A stretch of DNA of 64,000 bases from an uncultured Nitrososphaerales archaeon (GCA_963709405.1 CAVPXM010000055.1:32001-96000), one strand, 5' to 3'. Positions 43,043-53,247 are shown, counted from the first letter of the stretch. Notes: generated by a model from the letters alone, not told the origin. Numbers and translations: made by a program.

Positions 43043-44375
43043 TCAGAATCGCTCAATTTTATTTACAAGTCCGAATATCGTATCTAGAAGAAGTTTCAAA
43101 TCCTGTCTTCCTATTGCTAATGGAGGAATTATTATTATGGTATTTCCTAAAATTCTTAGAAATACCCCCATGTTAAGAGACTCTTTGGCAATATAGGAAC
43201 TGAGTGACAATCCATCCCTCAACTTAAGTAATGGCTTTTTTGCTTTTTCCAGGTCAATGCCACCAAGTAGACCCTTAACTCTTAAATTCTTGGCAATTGG
43301 AGATTGCTGTATCTCTTTTAACCTATGACTTATGTATACGCTGCTTCTCCCTTATTTTCTGTATAAGCTCGTATTTTTCATACATTTGAATATTCGCTAT
43401 AGCTGCTGCACAGCCTATTGGATGACCTGTGAACGTATGTCCATGATAAAGCCGCTTAGCGTCAGAATATTTACTTAGGAATGATTCAAAAATTTCCTTA
43501 GTGGTAAGGGTAACTGCTAGTGGAGAATAGCCACCGGTAAGGGCTTTGCCTAGGCATACAATGTCTGGAGAACACTTTTGCTCAAGATATTCTAGCATAT
43601 TCCCTAACCGTCCAAACCCTGTCGCAATTTCGTCAAGAATTAGCAAGATATCATACTTCTTGCATAAATCACCTATTTTTTTTTGGTAGTTCTTCGGAAA
43701 AATTGATACACCTCCCACTATTTGAGCACCGCTTTCCATCACAAGGGCACAGCAGTCGGAGCTGTTCTTTGCTAAAATATGTTCAGTCCTTTCAAGGCAA
43801 TGTTGTTCTACATCTTGACCAGTAAGATACGTAGTCTTGCGAACCGGTGATGGGATCTTGAGGGCTCTGTGCAGTAAAGGTGCATAAGGTGCAAAGTACC
43901 TTGGTAGGTAACCCACAGACATTGCCCCAACAGTATCTCCATGATATCCATTTTGCATTGAAATGAATTTAGTTTTTTTTTCCTTTCCTTTATTTTTCCA
44001 GTATTGTATAGCCATTTTCATACCTACTTCTATTGCGGTCGATCCATTATCTGAATAGAAAACGTGGCTCATCCCCTTCGCAAGCTTGATAAGCATCTCA
44101 GCCAATTCCGATGAGGGAGCATTCGCCAAGCCAAATAGGGTAGAGTGCTGCAGCGCACGAACTTGTTTGACCATAGTCTTCGACATCTCATTATTCCCGT
44201 GTCCCCAAACGTTGCACCACATACTAGCAATCCCATCAAGATACCTTTTGCCATGCTCATCTATTAGGTAGAAGCCATCGCCGCGTACTATAACTGGATT
44301 GTCTGAATTGATCCATTCAAGCATTTGTGTGAAGGGATGCCAAACAAAATTCTTATCGTTAGAACCTAGATTCAA
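43043..44375 (-). CDS. bioA: adenosylmethionine--8-amino-7-oxononanoate transaminase (frameshift near 43345)
   Basis: VWHPFTQM, DGIASMWC, SDNGSTAIEVGMKMA, YHGDT, DEIATGFGR, GKALTGG, HGHTFTG; C-terminus ends at TGA 43043. Confidence 0.92.
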
Positions 44376-44412
44376 TCAAAATAAAAAGCATACTCCTATT
44401 ATTATTATTCCT

Positions 44413-45156
44413 ATGCACGGACTATTCGTTACCGGGACTGATACGGGTATAGGAAAGACGACTATCTGTACTGGATTACTCTGGTTCTTGCATAACAAAG
44501 GGATCGAAGTTGGAGTAATGAAGCCATTTGCTGCTGCTGATAAGATTTTTTCGCAAAGTTACAGGTCTGAGGATACTTACAAGCTTGCAACGGCGGCGAA
44601 GATAGAGGATGCTGATGAAAGAATTAATCCGTTTTTCTATAACGTGCCAGCGTCACCATTTGTTGCCTCAAAGTTAACACACCAAAAAATCCCTAGTCTG
44701 GACCATGCTGTACGAACAGTGTTGGGTGAATCCAAAAAACGCAGATATACTATCATAGAAGGCATCGGTGGTCTTTTGGTTCCGATCTCAAGGAATTATA
44801 CTATCGCAGACTTGGCGAAAAAGCTTGGCCTGCCCACAGTTATTGTTGCTGATGCTAGGTTAGGTGGAGTGAATCACACATTGCTTACACTCCAAGCATG
44901 TGTTAATCATCGATTAGATGTAATAGCCGTAATTATAAATCGAATGCCTACAAGACCAGAAAAGCCTCAAAGACTTCTTATTAGTACTTTGCGTCAGCTC
45001 ACCGGCATAAAAGTAATTTTTTCTATTCCGAATTTTCATAAGGAACCAAATCCTAAATCCGTCGCAATCATGCTTGATAAGAAATGGCACATCCTTAGTT
45101 CGCTCGGCTTTAGATATTCTCAATTTAACGAGACACAATTTCGCTTAATGCGATAA
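44413..45156 (+). CDS. bioD: dethiobiotin synthase
   Basis: FVTGTDTGIGKT, MKP, EGIGGLLVP, LGGVNHTLLT; ATG 44413. Confidence 0.92.
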   Translation: MHGLFVTGTDTGIGKTTICTGLLWFLHNKGIEVGVMKPFAAADKIFSQSYRSEDTYKLATAAKIEDADERINPFFYNVPASPFVASKLTHQKIPSLDHAVRTVLGESKKRRYTIIEGIGGLLVPISRNYTIADLAKKLGLPTVIVADARLGGVNHTLLTLQACVNHRLDVIAVIINRMPTRPEKPQRLLISTLRQLTGIKVIFSIPNFHKEPNPKSVAIMLDKKWHILSSLGFRYSQFNETQFRLMR

Positions 45157-45359
45157 ACCAAGATAATGTCCAAGCACATATCCCCTAATATTTGATGGAA
45201 GATTCATAATCCAATATGATATCATCGAGAATCCTAGGTTTGAGTTAGGAGAAAAATATTCCAATTAATTCAGATCTTAGTAATCCCTTGTAGGTCCTAA
45301 TCATGAACCACTATACTCCCCAAAATAGATTTATAAAATCTGATTACCTATTCTCAAAC

Positions 45360-45791
45360 ATGTTAATGGTAAGAATTGGTACTGCCTTATTGATAGTCTC
45401 ACTGGCACTGCTAATAATTTATGGATTTGATGTAATTGTTGCCATGTCAAAGAATGGACCAGACGGAACAAAGAGTCCTAGAGGTTTTCTGCCTTTTAAT
45501 GAAGCTACAAGAGGCATTGCCTTGGGAGCCACGGCTGTTGTGATGTCTATCGTAGCATTTGTTATAACTAGAAAAACACCTTCTCGCAGTATAGCGATAT
45601 TATTAATTATAAACGGTGGGATAATCTTGGTAGGTATGTTTTTTATTATGACTCAGGTAGCACTAACAGTAAACTCTGCGAGAACCGTAGGCTCTACAAT
45701 CGTAATGGGACTCCTTCTCGTTGCATTGGGCATTGTAAAATCTTTCTATGACAAAAGGTATATGGCGCAAAGGAAGGAGTACCTTCGTTAA
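45360..45791 (+). CDS. membrane hypothetical protein (about 4 TM)
   Basis: Hydrophobic helices, IYGFDV and GFLPFNEATRG motifs. Confidence 0.65.
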   Translation: MLMVRIGTALLIVSLALLIIYGFDVIVAMSKNGPDGTKSPRGFLPFNEATRGIALGATAVVMSIVAFVITRKTPSRSIAILLIINGGIILVGMFFIMTQVALTVNSARTVGSTIVMGLLLVALGIVKSFYDKRYMAQRKEYLR

Positions 45792-45952
45792 TAAAAATGG
45801 CAAGAAACTTACAAAGCCTCTCAATGAGGACCCGATTCTTACCACTTGTAATAGAATAACGATGATCTTGTAACGAATATCGAATGATAATTGAGAATCT
45901 GGTTTAGCGTAATTACTTATATGTTTTATCGTAATCAACCAAGTGTATCTTA

Positions 45953-46648
45953 ATGAAAGCGGTAATATTAGCTGGAGGATTAGGCAAGAGACTACGCCCT
46001 TTGACTGACGATAAGCCAAAACCAATGATTGAGGTCCTGAATGTGCCAATTATTGAATGGCAAGTCAGATGGTTCCGGAAATATTGCATCAATGAAATCG
46101 TGATCTGCGTCGGTTATCTTAAAGAGCATATAATAGATTATATAGGAAGTGGGGCAAAGTTCGGCGTAAAGGTAGGCTATGCTGTAGAGGAAGAACCACT
46201 TGGAACTGGCGGAGCTCTGAAAAACGCGGAGAGTCTATTAGGAGGAGGTCTCAAAGATGGCTTCTTCATGGTAAATGGTGACATTTTAACTGATCTAAAT
46301 CCCACTGAGCTCAGAATCGATAATTTTCCATCATTGGCACTGGTTCCACTGAGAAGCCCATATGGAGTAGTTGAGGTCGATGTCGATTCCTTTGTCATGG
46401 GTTTTGTGGAGAAACCTCTGATACATGATAGGTGGATAAACGCTGGTGTCTATTATCTAACTAGGGAAGTCTTCGATTACCTTCCAGAATCTGGCAATAT
46501 TGAAACAACAGCACTTCCTCTAATGGCCAAAGAAAGGAAGTTGAAGGCACGAAATTTTAGCAGTTCCTTCTGGAGATCAATTGATTCGCATAAGGATATC
46601 GAAGAGGCTTCGAAAGAAATTAGGCTAGCTTTTAATGAGAAACTTTAA
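45953..46648 (+). CDS. sugar-phosphate nucleotidyltransferase
   Basis: AVILAGGLGKRLRPLT..KPKPM, EEEPLGTGGA, NGD, EKP, INAGVY. Confidence 0.9.
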   Translation: MKAVILAGGLGKRLRPLTDDKPKPMIEVLNVPIIEWQVRWFRKYCINEIVICVGYLKEHIIDYIGSGAKFGVKVGYAVEEEPLGTGGALKNAESLLGGGLKDGFFMVNGDILTDLNPTELRIDNFPSLALVPLRSPYGVVEVDVDSFVMGFVEKPLIHDRWINAGVYYLTREVFDYLPESGNIETTALPLMAKERKLKARNFSSSFWRSIDSHKDIEEASKEIRLAFNEKL

Positions 46649-47642
46649 AATCGGCTTTAGTCTTGGACCGCTCCTATCAATCAAAGAAATCATTCTAATT
46701 GCTAGATATGCAGACGAAGCTGGAGGCGTGGATTCTATTTGGATCCCAGAATCTTGGGGAAGGGAATCATTCTCAACCTTAGGCGCTATATCTCAGGTTA
46801 CACGTAAATTGAGACTTGGCAGCTCGATAATAAACGTATATTCCAGAACCCCGGCAACCATAGCCATGGGTGCAGCAACCCTCGACAAACTTTCGAACAA
46901 CAGGACAATAATTGGGCTCGGAACAAGTACACCAGAGTTAGTTACAGGTTGGCATGGCATGGAATTTGACAGTCCACTTCAGAGGGTAAAGGAATGCATA
47001 GAATGTCTTAGGCTTATCCTGAGCGGAGAGAGGGTGAAGTATAATGGTAGACATTTTAAGATAAATAATTTCAAAATTTTAGAGACACCAACGAGAAAAA
47101 CTTTGCCTATTTTTGTAGCTGCTGTTCATCAAAAAATGATTGATCTCGCAAGGTCTTACGCCAATGGAGTCGTATTCTACTTGAGACCTATCGATGAGCT
47201 GAGGAAAACAGTGTCTACCCTTAGGTCTGGGGCGAGGATCAATTCCTGTGGCGCAGACTTCGAGATCGCCTGCTCGATTATATGTGCGATCTCAAGTAGT
47301 AATCCACAAAAAGCTAGAGAACGTGCTTCAAAGACGTTAGCATACTACATATCTACTGGGAGGTACTACAATCGTTTCTTGGCTGACAACGGGTTTCGTA
47401 ATGACGTGATTTCAATTGCTCAACGATACAAAAATGTAGGGTTGGAAGCTGCAGCTGAGGCAATCACAGACAAGATGTTGGATTCTTTGACTATTTGCGG
47501 GAGTATTGAACAATGTTCAAAATCGTTTGAACGTTTTTTGTCAAGTGGAATCTCATTACCGATCATCCAAGTCAATCCTGTAGATGATTCCGTTCTTTCG
47601 TTTAAGGAGATGCTTTCCGCATTTAAATGCACAGAGTCATAG
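46635..47642 (+). CDS. LLM-class (probably F420-dependent) oxidoreductase
   Basis: WIPESWGRE, IINVYSRTPA.IAM, GLGTS, WHG. Confidence 0.87.
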   Translation: MRNFKIGFSLGPLLSIKEIILIARYADEAGGVDSIWIPESWGRESFSTLGAISQVTRKLRLGSSIINVYSRTPATIAMGAATLDKLSNNRTIIGLGTSTPELVTGWHGMEFDSPLQRVKECIECLRLILSGERVKYNGRHFKINNFKILETPTRKTLPIFVAAVHQKMIDLARSYANGVVFYLRPIDELRKTVSTLRSGARINSCGADFEIACSIICAISSSNPQKARERASKTLAYYISTGRYYNRFLADNGFRNDVISIAQRYKNVGLEAAAEAITDKMLDSLTICGSIEQCSKSFERFLSSGISLPIIQVNPVDDSVLSFKEMLSAFKCTES

Positions 47643-48731
47643 TTGGCGATTATGCTACCTCAAGATTTAGGAAGGAACAATCGCCATCACTTCTTGATAT
47701 AGCCTGCGAAGCAGGCTCAGCTCTGTTGCGCAAACAAATCCTTTTGGCGGGCGAGATTGATGCGGTGATATTTTCTAGTTGTTCGAGCGATCAATATAGC
47801 GCAAGTATACTATCCGAAATGCTTGGAATAAAACCCAAAATTGCTTATAGACTCGATAATCTATGTAATTCTGGAACAAGCGCAGTTATTTCTGGTTTTG
47901 GACTGATTTCATCTGGTTTATGTAATTCTGTCTTGGTTATTGGCGCTGAAATCTCTAGTACGTTTGGAAGAAGCCTCGGTTGGGACGTAACAAGAGGTTC
48001 TTTCGCTCTCCCGATCTATTGGGCAACCATGTTTGCGAGGAATCATATGCGCAATTATGGCACAACCGAAGAACAAATGGCCATGGTCGTCGTAAAAAAC
48101 CATGAGAATGCGATCAACAATCCCAATGCTTTGTACGGTAAGCATCTTACAATAGATGACGTGATGAACTCTAAACGAATTACCTATCCACTTAAGTTGT
48201 TGGATTGTTCATCGGTGTGCGATGGGGCATCTGCAGTTCTGCTGTTGTCAGACGATAAAGTCTCGAGGTCGAGTCGAAAATCATGTAGTTATAACTGGTA
48301 TAGGCTCTCAGACAAATTCTGCTAGTCTAACCAAGGTAATAGGCGATATGAATGGTGCCGGTACAAGTAGAATAGCTGCAAATGGCGCATTTAAAATGGC
48401 TAAGATAGCTCCAAAAAATGTCGACGTAGCAGAACTACATGACGCATTTTCTATTATGGAGATATTAGCGTATGAAGATCTTGGCTTCGTCGATAGGGGG
48501 AAAGGAGGGAGATATGTAGACGAAAAATTAATTGCAACTAATCCTAGAGGTGGTATCCTTGGGTGTGGCCATCCACTAGGAGCGACTGGAGTCTCTCAGG
48601 TTGCTGAAATAGCCGCTCAATTGAGTGGAAAGGGGGGAAGAAGACAAATAAGAGGATGCAAAACTGGATTGATACAGAATCTCTCGGCTGCCGCTACTTC
48701 TGCCATAGTAATCATTCTAGAGGTCCAGTGA
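47627..48731 (+). CDS. thiolase family protein (frameshift near 48270)
   Basis: LDNLCNSG catalytic Cys, KNHENA, LDCSSVCDGA, ELHDAF, NPRGG, GHPLGATG. Confidence 0.88.
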
Positions 48732-49064
48732 ATGCTAAGGTTTAAACACTACTTAAGAAAGGGCGACTTTCGGGTTTCGTTTTGCACGATCTGTCGGAAA
48801 AGGGTATGGCCTCCTTTCGAACTTTGTCCCAATTGTTTTTCTAAGACATCTCTGAAGAGAATTTCAAGAACTGGGATATTAGTCGAATTTAGCTCAGACT
48901 TTCTTTCTGGGGATAATCAAGTATTTGGGATAGTAGATTTTAAAGGCATATTTTTATTGGGATCTTTACAGGGAAATGATTTTTTTCCGGGATGCAAAGT
49001 GATCATGTATGATTGTGGCATTGACTACGATGATAGGATCTTTTACAAATTTAAGAGATGTTAG
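48732..49064 (+). CDS. DUF35 Zn-ribbon/OB-fold thiolase partner
   Basis: CTIC..VWPP..CPNC directly after the thiolase. Confidence 0.8.
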   Translation: MLRFKHYLRKGDFRVSFCTICRKRVWPPFELCPNCFSKTSLKRISRTGILVEFSSDFLSGDNQVFGIVDFKGIFLLGSLQGNDFFPGCKVIMYDCGIDYDDRIFYKFKRC

Positions 49065-49138
49065 CAAAGTTCACCGTAAGGCAATCAAGTTTGCGATGGT
49101 TTAATTATTATATTTCGATTGCTCTTAAATCTATTGCC

Positions 49139-49498
49139 ATGAGTTATGACAGATTTATTGACGATCGCCTTCTGACGAGCAGGGATGCATTGAATAAGAT
49201 CCAGATCAAGATAAAGATGATTGAATTTGACGAGAACGCAAGAGACTTTTCTCAAAGATTCGGAAGTAGAATGTTGATTCGGAAAATCTTGCTTACTATA
49301 AGGCACTTAGACTCTGATGAAATCGAGGAAAGGGAACTTGATATCGAGGAAATAGAAGCACGAATGAAAAGGGAGAGACTGTTTTCTTCGTCAAATCGCT
49401 GGGTTTCTCCAAATGAATTGAAGAATGGCTACGTAGTGGCCAGCCGGCATTTAGATCTTCTGGCTGATGCAGTTGCGTTAGACATATTCGTATGGTAG
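49139..49498 (+). CDS. conserved hypothetical protein
   Basis: MSYDRFIDDRLLTSRD...NGYVVASRHLDLLADAVALDI; ATG 49139. Confidence 0.65.
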   Translation: MSYDRFIDDRLLTSRDALNKIQIKIKMIEFDENARDFSQRFGSRMLIRKILLTIRHLDSDEIEERELDIEEIEARMKRERLFSSSNRWVSPNELKNGYVVASRHLDLLADAVALDIFVW

Positions 49499-49695
49499 CA
49501 GAGTTGGATTTTTGTCCTGGCCGACATCCATCTATTGACTTGACTTAGTGATCGCGTGCAATAGGCCAATTTTGGCTAAATGAATCGCTCCTGGCATGTT
49601 AGCTAGACATTTCATTAGAAAGCTGCAAGGTTTGAAATAGGTCTCTAATAGCTTTAACTTTAGAGGTATAATTTTGCGCAACTAAAATGGATAAG

Positions 49696-49803
49696 CGCCG
49701 CTGATCAGACTCGAACTGATGACCCACTGGTTAACAGCCAGCTAAGCTTAAAAGGCATTTTATAGTGCCCTAAATTTGCTCTACCATGCTGAGCTACAGC
49801 GGC
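49696..49803 (-). tRNA. tRNA-Asn(GTT) with a 34-nt intron (49742-49775) at non-canonical position 27/28
   Basis: GCCGCTG/CAGCGGC acceptor, GCTC/GAGC D-stem, spliced ACTGG/CCAGT anticodon stem with loop CTGTTAA, ATCAG-TTCGAGT-CTGAT T-arm; bulge-helix-bulge at the junctions. Confidence 0.9.
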
Positions 49804-49986
49804 GCAATATAGTGCAATTTTAAGCACAAAATAAATGTTATGCTGTTGATATATAGATGGCTGATTTAGAAAAAAATTTCAAATTTCGAATTATGAAAGA
49901 AAATGGGATATCAAATGTACGTATATCAAGCTCCCCAAACGACTGGTATGAAGGATCTAATAAGCGATGAGGCGATGATACTGAGT

Positions 49987-50541
49987 TCAGGTTTCAGCTT
50001 GATACATATACAATCCATCTAAAAATACTCTCTGATCTTTTTGTTTAACCTTAGTCGAGGATTCAATATTGGCTGCAGTCTGGGAAACGTTTTCTAAGCT
50101 TGGTCCTTGTACAATTACATCTTCACCACTAACGGTAACTTTCGTTAATTCGCCAACGATACGTGAGATCCTTGCTGATCTCTCTCCAAAGAAATTGTCG
50201 ACGTGAACTTCCCTACCTTTTACTTTAACCGAAATAGGAAAGTGTGCGTACACTATTTTCAGCTTATAAGTATATCCTTTTTCAACGCCTTTTATCATAT
50301 TTTTGATAATACTCTTACAAGTATTAGAAATTGCACGATCTCTCTTTCTAGTACCGTAAGGACTAATCGTAATTCGATTATCTTTGATCACGATATCTAC
50401 TTGTAACTTGGTAGTATCCTTCCTAATTGTCCCCAGTTTACCCTGAATACTGATTGTGTTGTCTGCAAAGGCAGCAGAAACACCCGCTGGAATATCAATC
50501 TCAGAGACTACCTTTTCCTTAGCATTTTCGCTAATAGACAA
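49987..50541 (-). CDS. rpl6: 50S ribosomal protein L6
   Basis: NMIKGV, KIVYAHFPI, NFFGER, DQRVFLDGLY. Confidence 0.95.
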   Translation of the reverse strand: MSISENAKEKVVSEIDIPAGVSAAFADNTISIQGKLGTIRKDTTKLQVDIVIKDNRITISPYGTRKRDRAISNTCKSIIKNMIKGVEKGYTYKLKIVYAHFPISVKVKGREVHVDNFFGERSARISRIVGELTKVTVSGEDVIVQGPSLENVSQTAANIESSTKVKQKDQRVFLDGLYMYQAET

Positions 50542-50923
50542 ATCCGATTAATACTCCTCCTAGGCCTCGACTTTGAGCATCATGATGTGACATTATCCCA
50601 CTACTCGTAGATACAATTATCATCCCCATGTTATACGCAGGTAAATATTGTCTCTCCCAATCAAGGTAGCCATCTTTCTTCACACTAAACCTTGGGGTGA
50701 TTACTCCACATCGATTAATCCTTGCCAAAAGTTGAATTCTAAATTTTCCAGTCCTGCCGTCATCCACCTGTTCGAATTCGCCAATGTATCCCTGCCTTTG
50801 GAGTACCCTCAATATGTCGCTTGTAAATCGTGATGAAGGTATAGCAATACACTCCTTTTTCCTTCTTGCTTCATTATTGTACAGCGTTGTTAACAAATTA
50901 GATAGCACATTTAATGCCGGCAG
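50531..50923 (-). CDS. rps8: 30S ribosomal protein S8; apparent CTG start
   Basis: GYIGEFEQVDDGR, CGVITPRF, YLPA, GIMSHHDA; CTG CCG GCA TTA AAT = (M)PALN, downstream of AAGGAG. Confidence 0.93.
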   Translation of the reverse strand: MPALNVLSNLLTTLYNNEARRKKECIAIPSSRFTSDILRVLQRQGYIGEFEQVDDGRTGKFRIQLLARINRCGVITPRFSVKKDGYLDWERQYLPAYNMGMIIVSTSSGIMSHHDAQSRGLGGVLIGFVY

Positions 50924-50938
50924 GATTTATCAAACTCC

Positions 50939-51118
50939 TTATTCATATTTCTTGAACCCCAAATTAAGAGCTACTTCCCTAAAACACTGCCTGCAAAGCA
51001 TTAGGTTATATTGATGTATCAAGCCTGTATATGAACCACATCTTTTACACCATCTTGTCCCTCTACCATGAGCAAGCTGCTTTCTCCCTGTTTCAGCATA
51101 ATCACGTGGTTTTGGCAC
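50939..51118 (-). CDS. rps14: 30S ribosomal protein S14 (59 aa, not in ORF track)
   Basis: Hand translation from GTG: [59 protein letters not shown]. Confidence 0.95.
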   Translation of the reverse strand: MPKPRDYAETGRKQLAHGRGTRWCKRCGSYTGLIHQYNLMLCRQCFREVALNLGFKKYE

Positions 51119-51642
51119 TAGGCTATCACAACCCCGTATTCTTTCTGGAAAAAGGCCATTGACTCATCCTTAGTGATTCGATGATTCTTGCCGACTTTCC
51201 CCTTATTCCTTCTCTTCGAAATCCTGTATCCTGGCCTTACCAAGGCTATACTCACGTTCATGCCAACTATCCCTATTTCTGGATTATATTTTGTACCTGG
51301 TATATCAATGTGTTCATGAATCCCAACGGAGATATTGCCCATCTCATCGAAAGATGATGCTTGAAATGTATTTGCTTTAGCGGCAATTATCCCCTTCAAA
51401 AATTGCTCTGCAACTTCTCTTCTTAGAGTCACAATCGCTGCTATAGGCTCACCCTTATGAATGCCGAAGTCACGAAAGTTCTTCTTAGCTCCCCTAACGC
51501 TTGGACTTTGACCAGTCAGTTCTTTGAGTGCTCGTTTTGCTCTTTCTAGAGGCTCTCCGGATTTACCTACTGCAATGTTAACTACAACTTTTTCTATAGA
51601 AATTTTTTTCATCCCATTTGAAACCTCTAATTGTTGAGTCAT
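51118..51642 (-). CDS. rpl5: 50S ribosomal protein L5
   Basis: [46 protein letters not shown]. Confidence 0.95.
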   Translation of the reverse strand: MTQQLEVSNGMKKISIEKVVVNIAVGKSGEPLERAKRALKELTGQSPSVRGAKKNFRDFGIHKGEPIAAIVTLRREVAEQFLKGIIAAKANTFQASSFDEMGNISVGIHEHIDIPGTKYNPEIGIVGMNVSIALVRPGYRISKRRNKGKVGKNHRITKDESMAFFQKEYGVVIA

Positions 51643-51646
51643 TGGA

Positions 51647-52363
51647 TTAGCTCACCTTCAAGATCGGGACATCTTGCCCTATAACCATGACTTTATCTAC
51701 AGGTAATTCCACTGATCTTCCACTCAAGGCGATTACCACCCTCTTTGGCAATGAAAATAGTCCATCCTTTATATCTTCGATCTTCCCTATTCCTCCCGCA
51801 TTCTCTCCTCCTATAATTAGCGCAGAATAACCCTTTTCAAATCTGATATGATCTTTTATCTCTAGTCGCGGGAGTTCAAGACGACACGAATCACCTACCG
51901 ACATTGTTAAATCGCTGATAATAGTTTTCCCATCGTGAAATCCGTACTGCAATTTATTATTTCTAATTGTAGTTTTACTAGTTACCAGAACTAATTTTGA
52001 AGACTTCTCGTGATTATCAATTGATAATGGAACTAGCAACCGTGAATTCTTTGGTACGAGCCGAAATACCTGACCTGTCTTAACTAGTTCGATAGTATCC
52101 ATCAATCCTACAGCCCTCTTGTCATCATGAACAATTATGCCATCAACCTTTATCATGCCTTCATTAAGTATCTTCTGGGCCTCTCGTAAAGTACTTGCTA
52201 CCTTTAAGCTATCTCGTAAAAGTACTGCCAAGGGATATGATTTTTGTCTCCGATGTGGACCTGGGCTAGTCCTGACTACAAATCTACTTTCCTTTCGTTT
52301 TATTTCCCAAAACGAAGGGGCCATCTGCCTCTTCAGGCTGCTACTTCCTCCTTTTCTTCCCAT
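51647..52363 (-). CDS. rps4e: 30S ribosomal protein S4e
   Basis: LKRQMAP, SPGPH, VGLMD, FHDG, GGENAG. Confidence 0.95.
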   Translation of the reverse strand: MGRKGGSSSLKRQMAPSFWEIKRKESRFVVRTSPGPHRRQKSYPLAVLLRDSLKVASTLREAQKILNEGMIKVDGIIVHDDKRAVGLMDTIELVKTGQVFRLVPKNSRLLVPLSIDNHEKSSKLVLVTSKTTIRNNKLQYGFHDGKTIISDLTMSVGDSCRLELPRLEIKDHIRFEKGYSALIIGGENAGGIGKIEDIKDGLFSLPKRVVIALSGRSVELPVDKVMVIGQDVPILKVS

Positions 52364-52421
52364 TAAGATGCACTCTCTCTCCCTACTTTCTTGTCACGAG
52401 CTTTTGGTTTCTTAACTTTTT

Positions 52422-52784
52422 TTATTGGTTTCTCACCACTTGTTTTTTCTGTTTTTGCCGCGACTGCAAGCGAGTTTGTCTTCGTTTGTCATCTAGGTGT
52501 AACGACGTTACAATAACATTGGAGGCATGAATTTGAACCTTAACATTTCCACCTCGAACCTTCTCTCTCTGTATGCCTTCAATCGACAACGTGCCTCTCT
52601 CTGTATTTACCTTCTCGACTTTTCCTTCCACTCCAGCGTATTCTCCTCTCATCACTCTTATGCTATCCCCTTTAACTACCCTAATACTCCGTGTCCTGTA
52701 CTGCTGACGGAGATTGTCTTTTAGTGATGAGCAAATGCTTGAATCTCTATCATTCCTGCTCAAATGTGTATGATTATAATTCAT
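52422..52784 (-). CDS. rpl24: 50S ribosomal protein L24
   Basis: RSIRVVKGDSIRVMRG (KOW motif), IHASNV. Confidence 0.9.
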   Translation of the reverse strand: MNYNHTHLSRNDRDSSICSSLKDNLRQQYRTRSIRVVKGDSIRVMRGEYAGVEGKVEKVNTERGTLSIEGIQREKVRGGNVKVQIHASNVIVTSLHLDDKRRQTRLQSRQKQKKQVVRNQ

Positions 52785-52812
52785 TATTGAATCCTCCTAA
52801 TACTAATCATAT

Positions 52813-53247
52813 CTAGATTATCATAGATGCCAAATTGGCTATCCTTGGCCATCTCTCAGCGGCTTCTGCTCCTACAGGACCTTTAACGTCAGTTCCTTTG
52901 ATCTCTCCCTCTTGTGTTACCAAAACCGCGGCATTATCTTCAAAGATCACACGTGTTCCATTAAGTCTTCGTATTGGATATTTCTGTCTGATTATGACAG
53001 CTCCGTAGATTTGTTTTCGCAATTCGGCAGGTCCTTTTTTTACAGTTACCGTAACAAAATCTCCAACTGCCGCAGAGGGCAATCTTGAATGCCTTCCTTT
53101 GTATTTCGTAACTTGTACAATCTTCAGAACCTTAGCTCCAGTATTGTCAGCGCATACTAAGCTTGCTGTAACAGGAAGAGCTCTTGTAACGTAAGGGCGA
53201 AATTCTTCTACGCCTTTAGCAGAAACCGCCCTTGTCTTAGACGCCAT
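52813..53247 (-). CDS. rpl14: 50S ribosomal protein L14
   Basis: CADNTGAK, AAVGD, FEDNAAV, GPVGAEAAERWPRI. Confidence 0.96.
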   Translation of the reverse strand: MASKTRAVSAKGVEEFRPYVTRALPVTASLVCADNTGAKVLKIVQVTKYKGRHSRLPSAAVGDFVTVTVKKGPAELRKQIYGAVIIRQKYPIRRLNGTRVIFEDNAAVLVTQEGEIKGTDVKGPVGAEAAERWPRIANLASMII

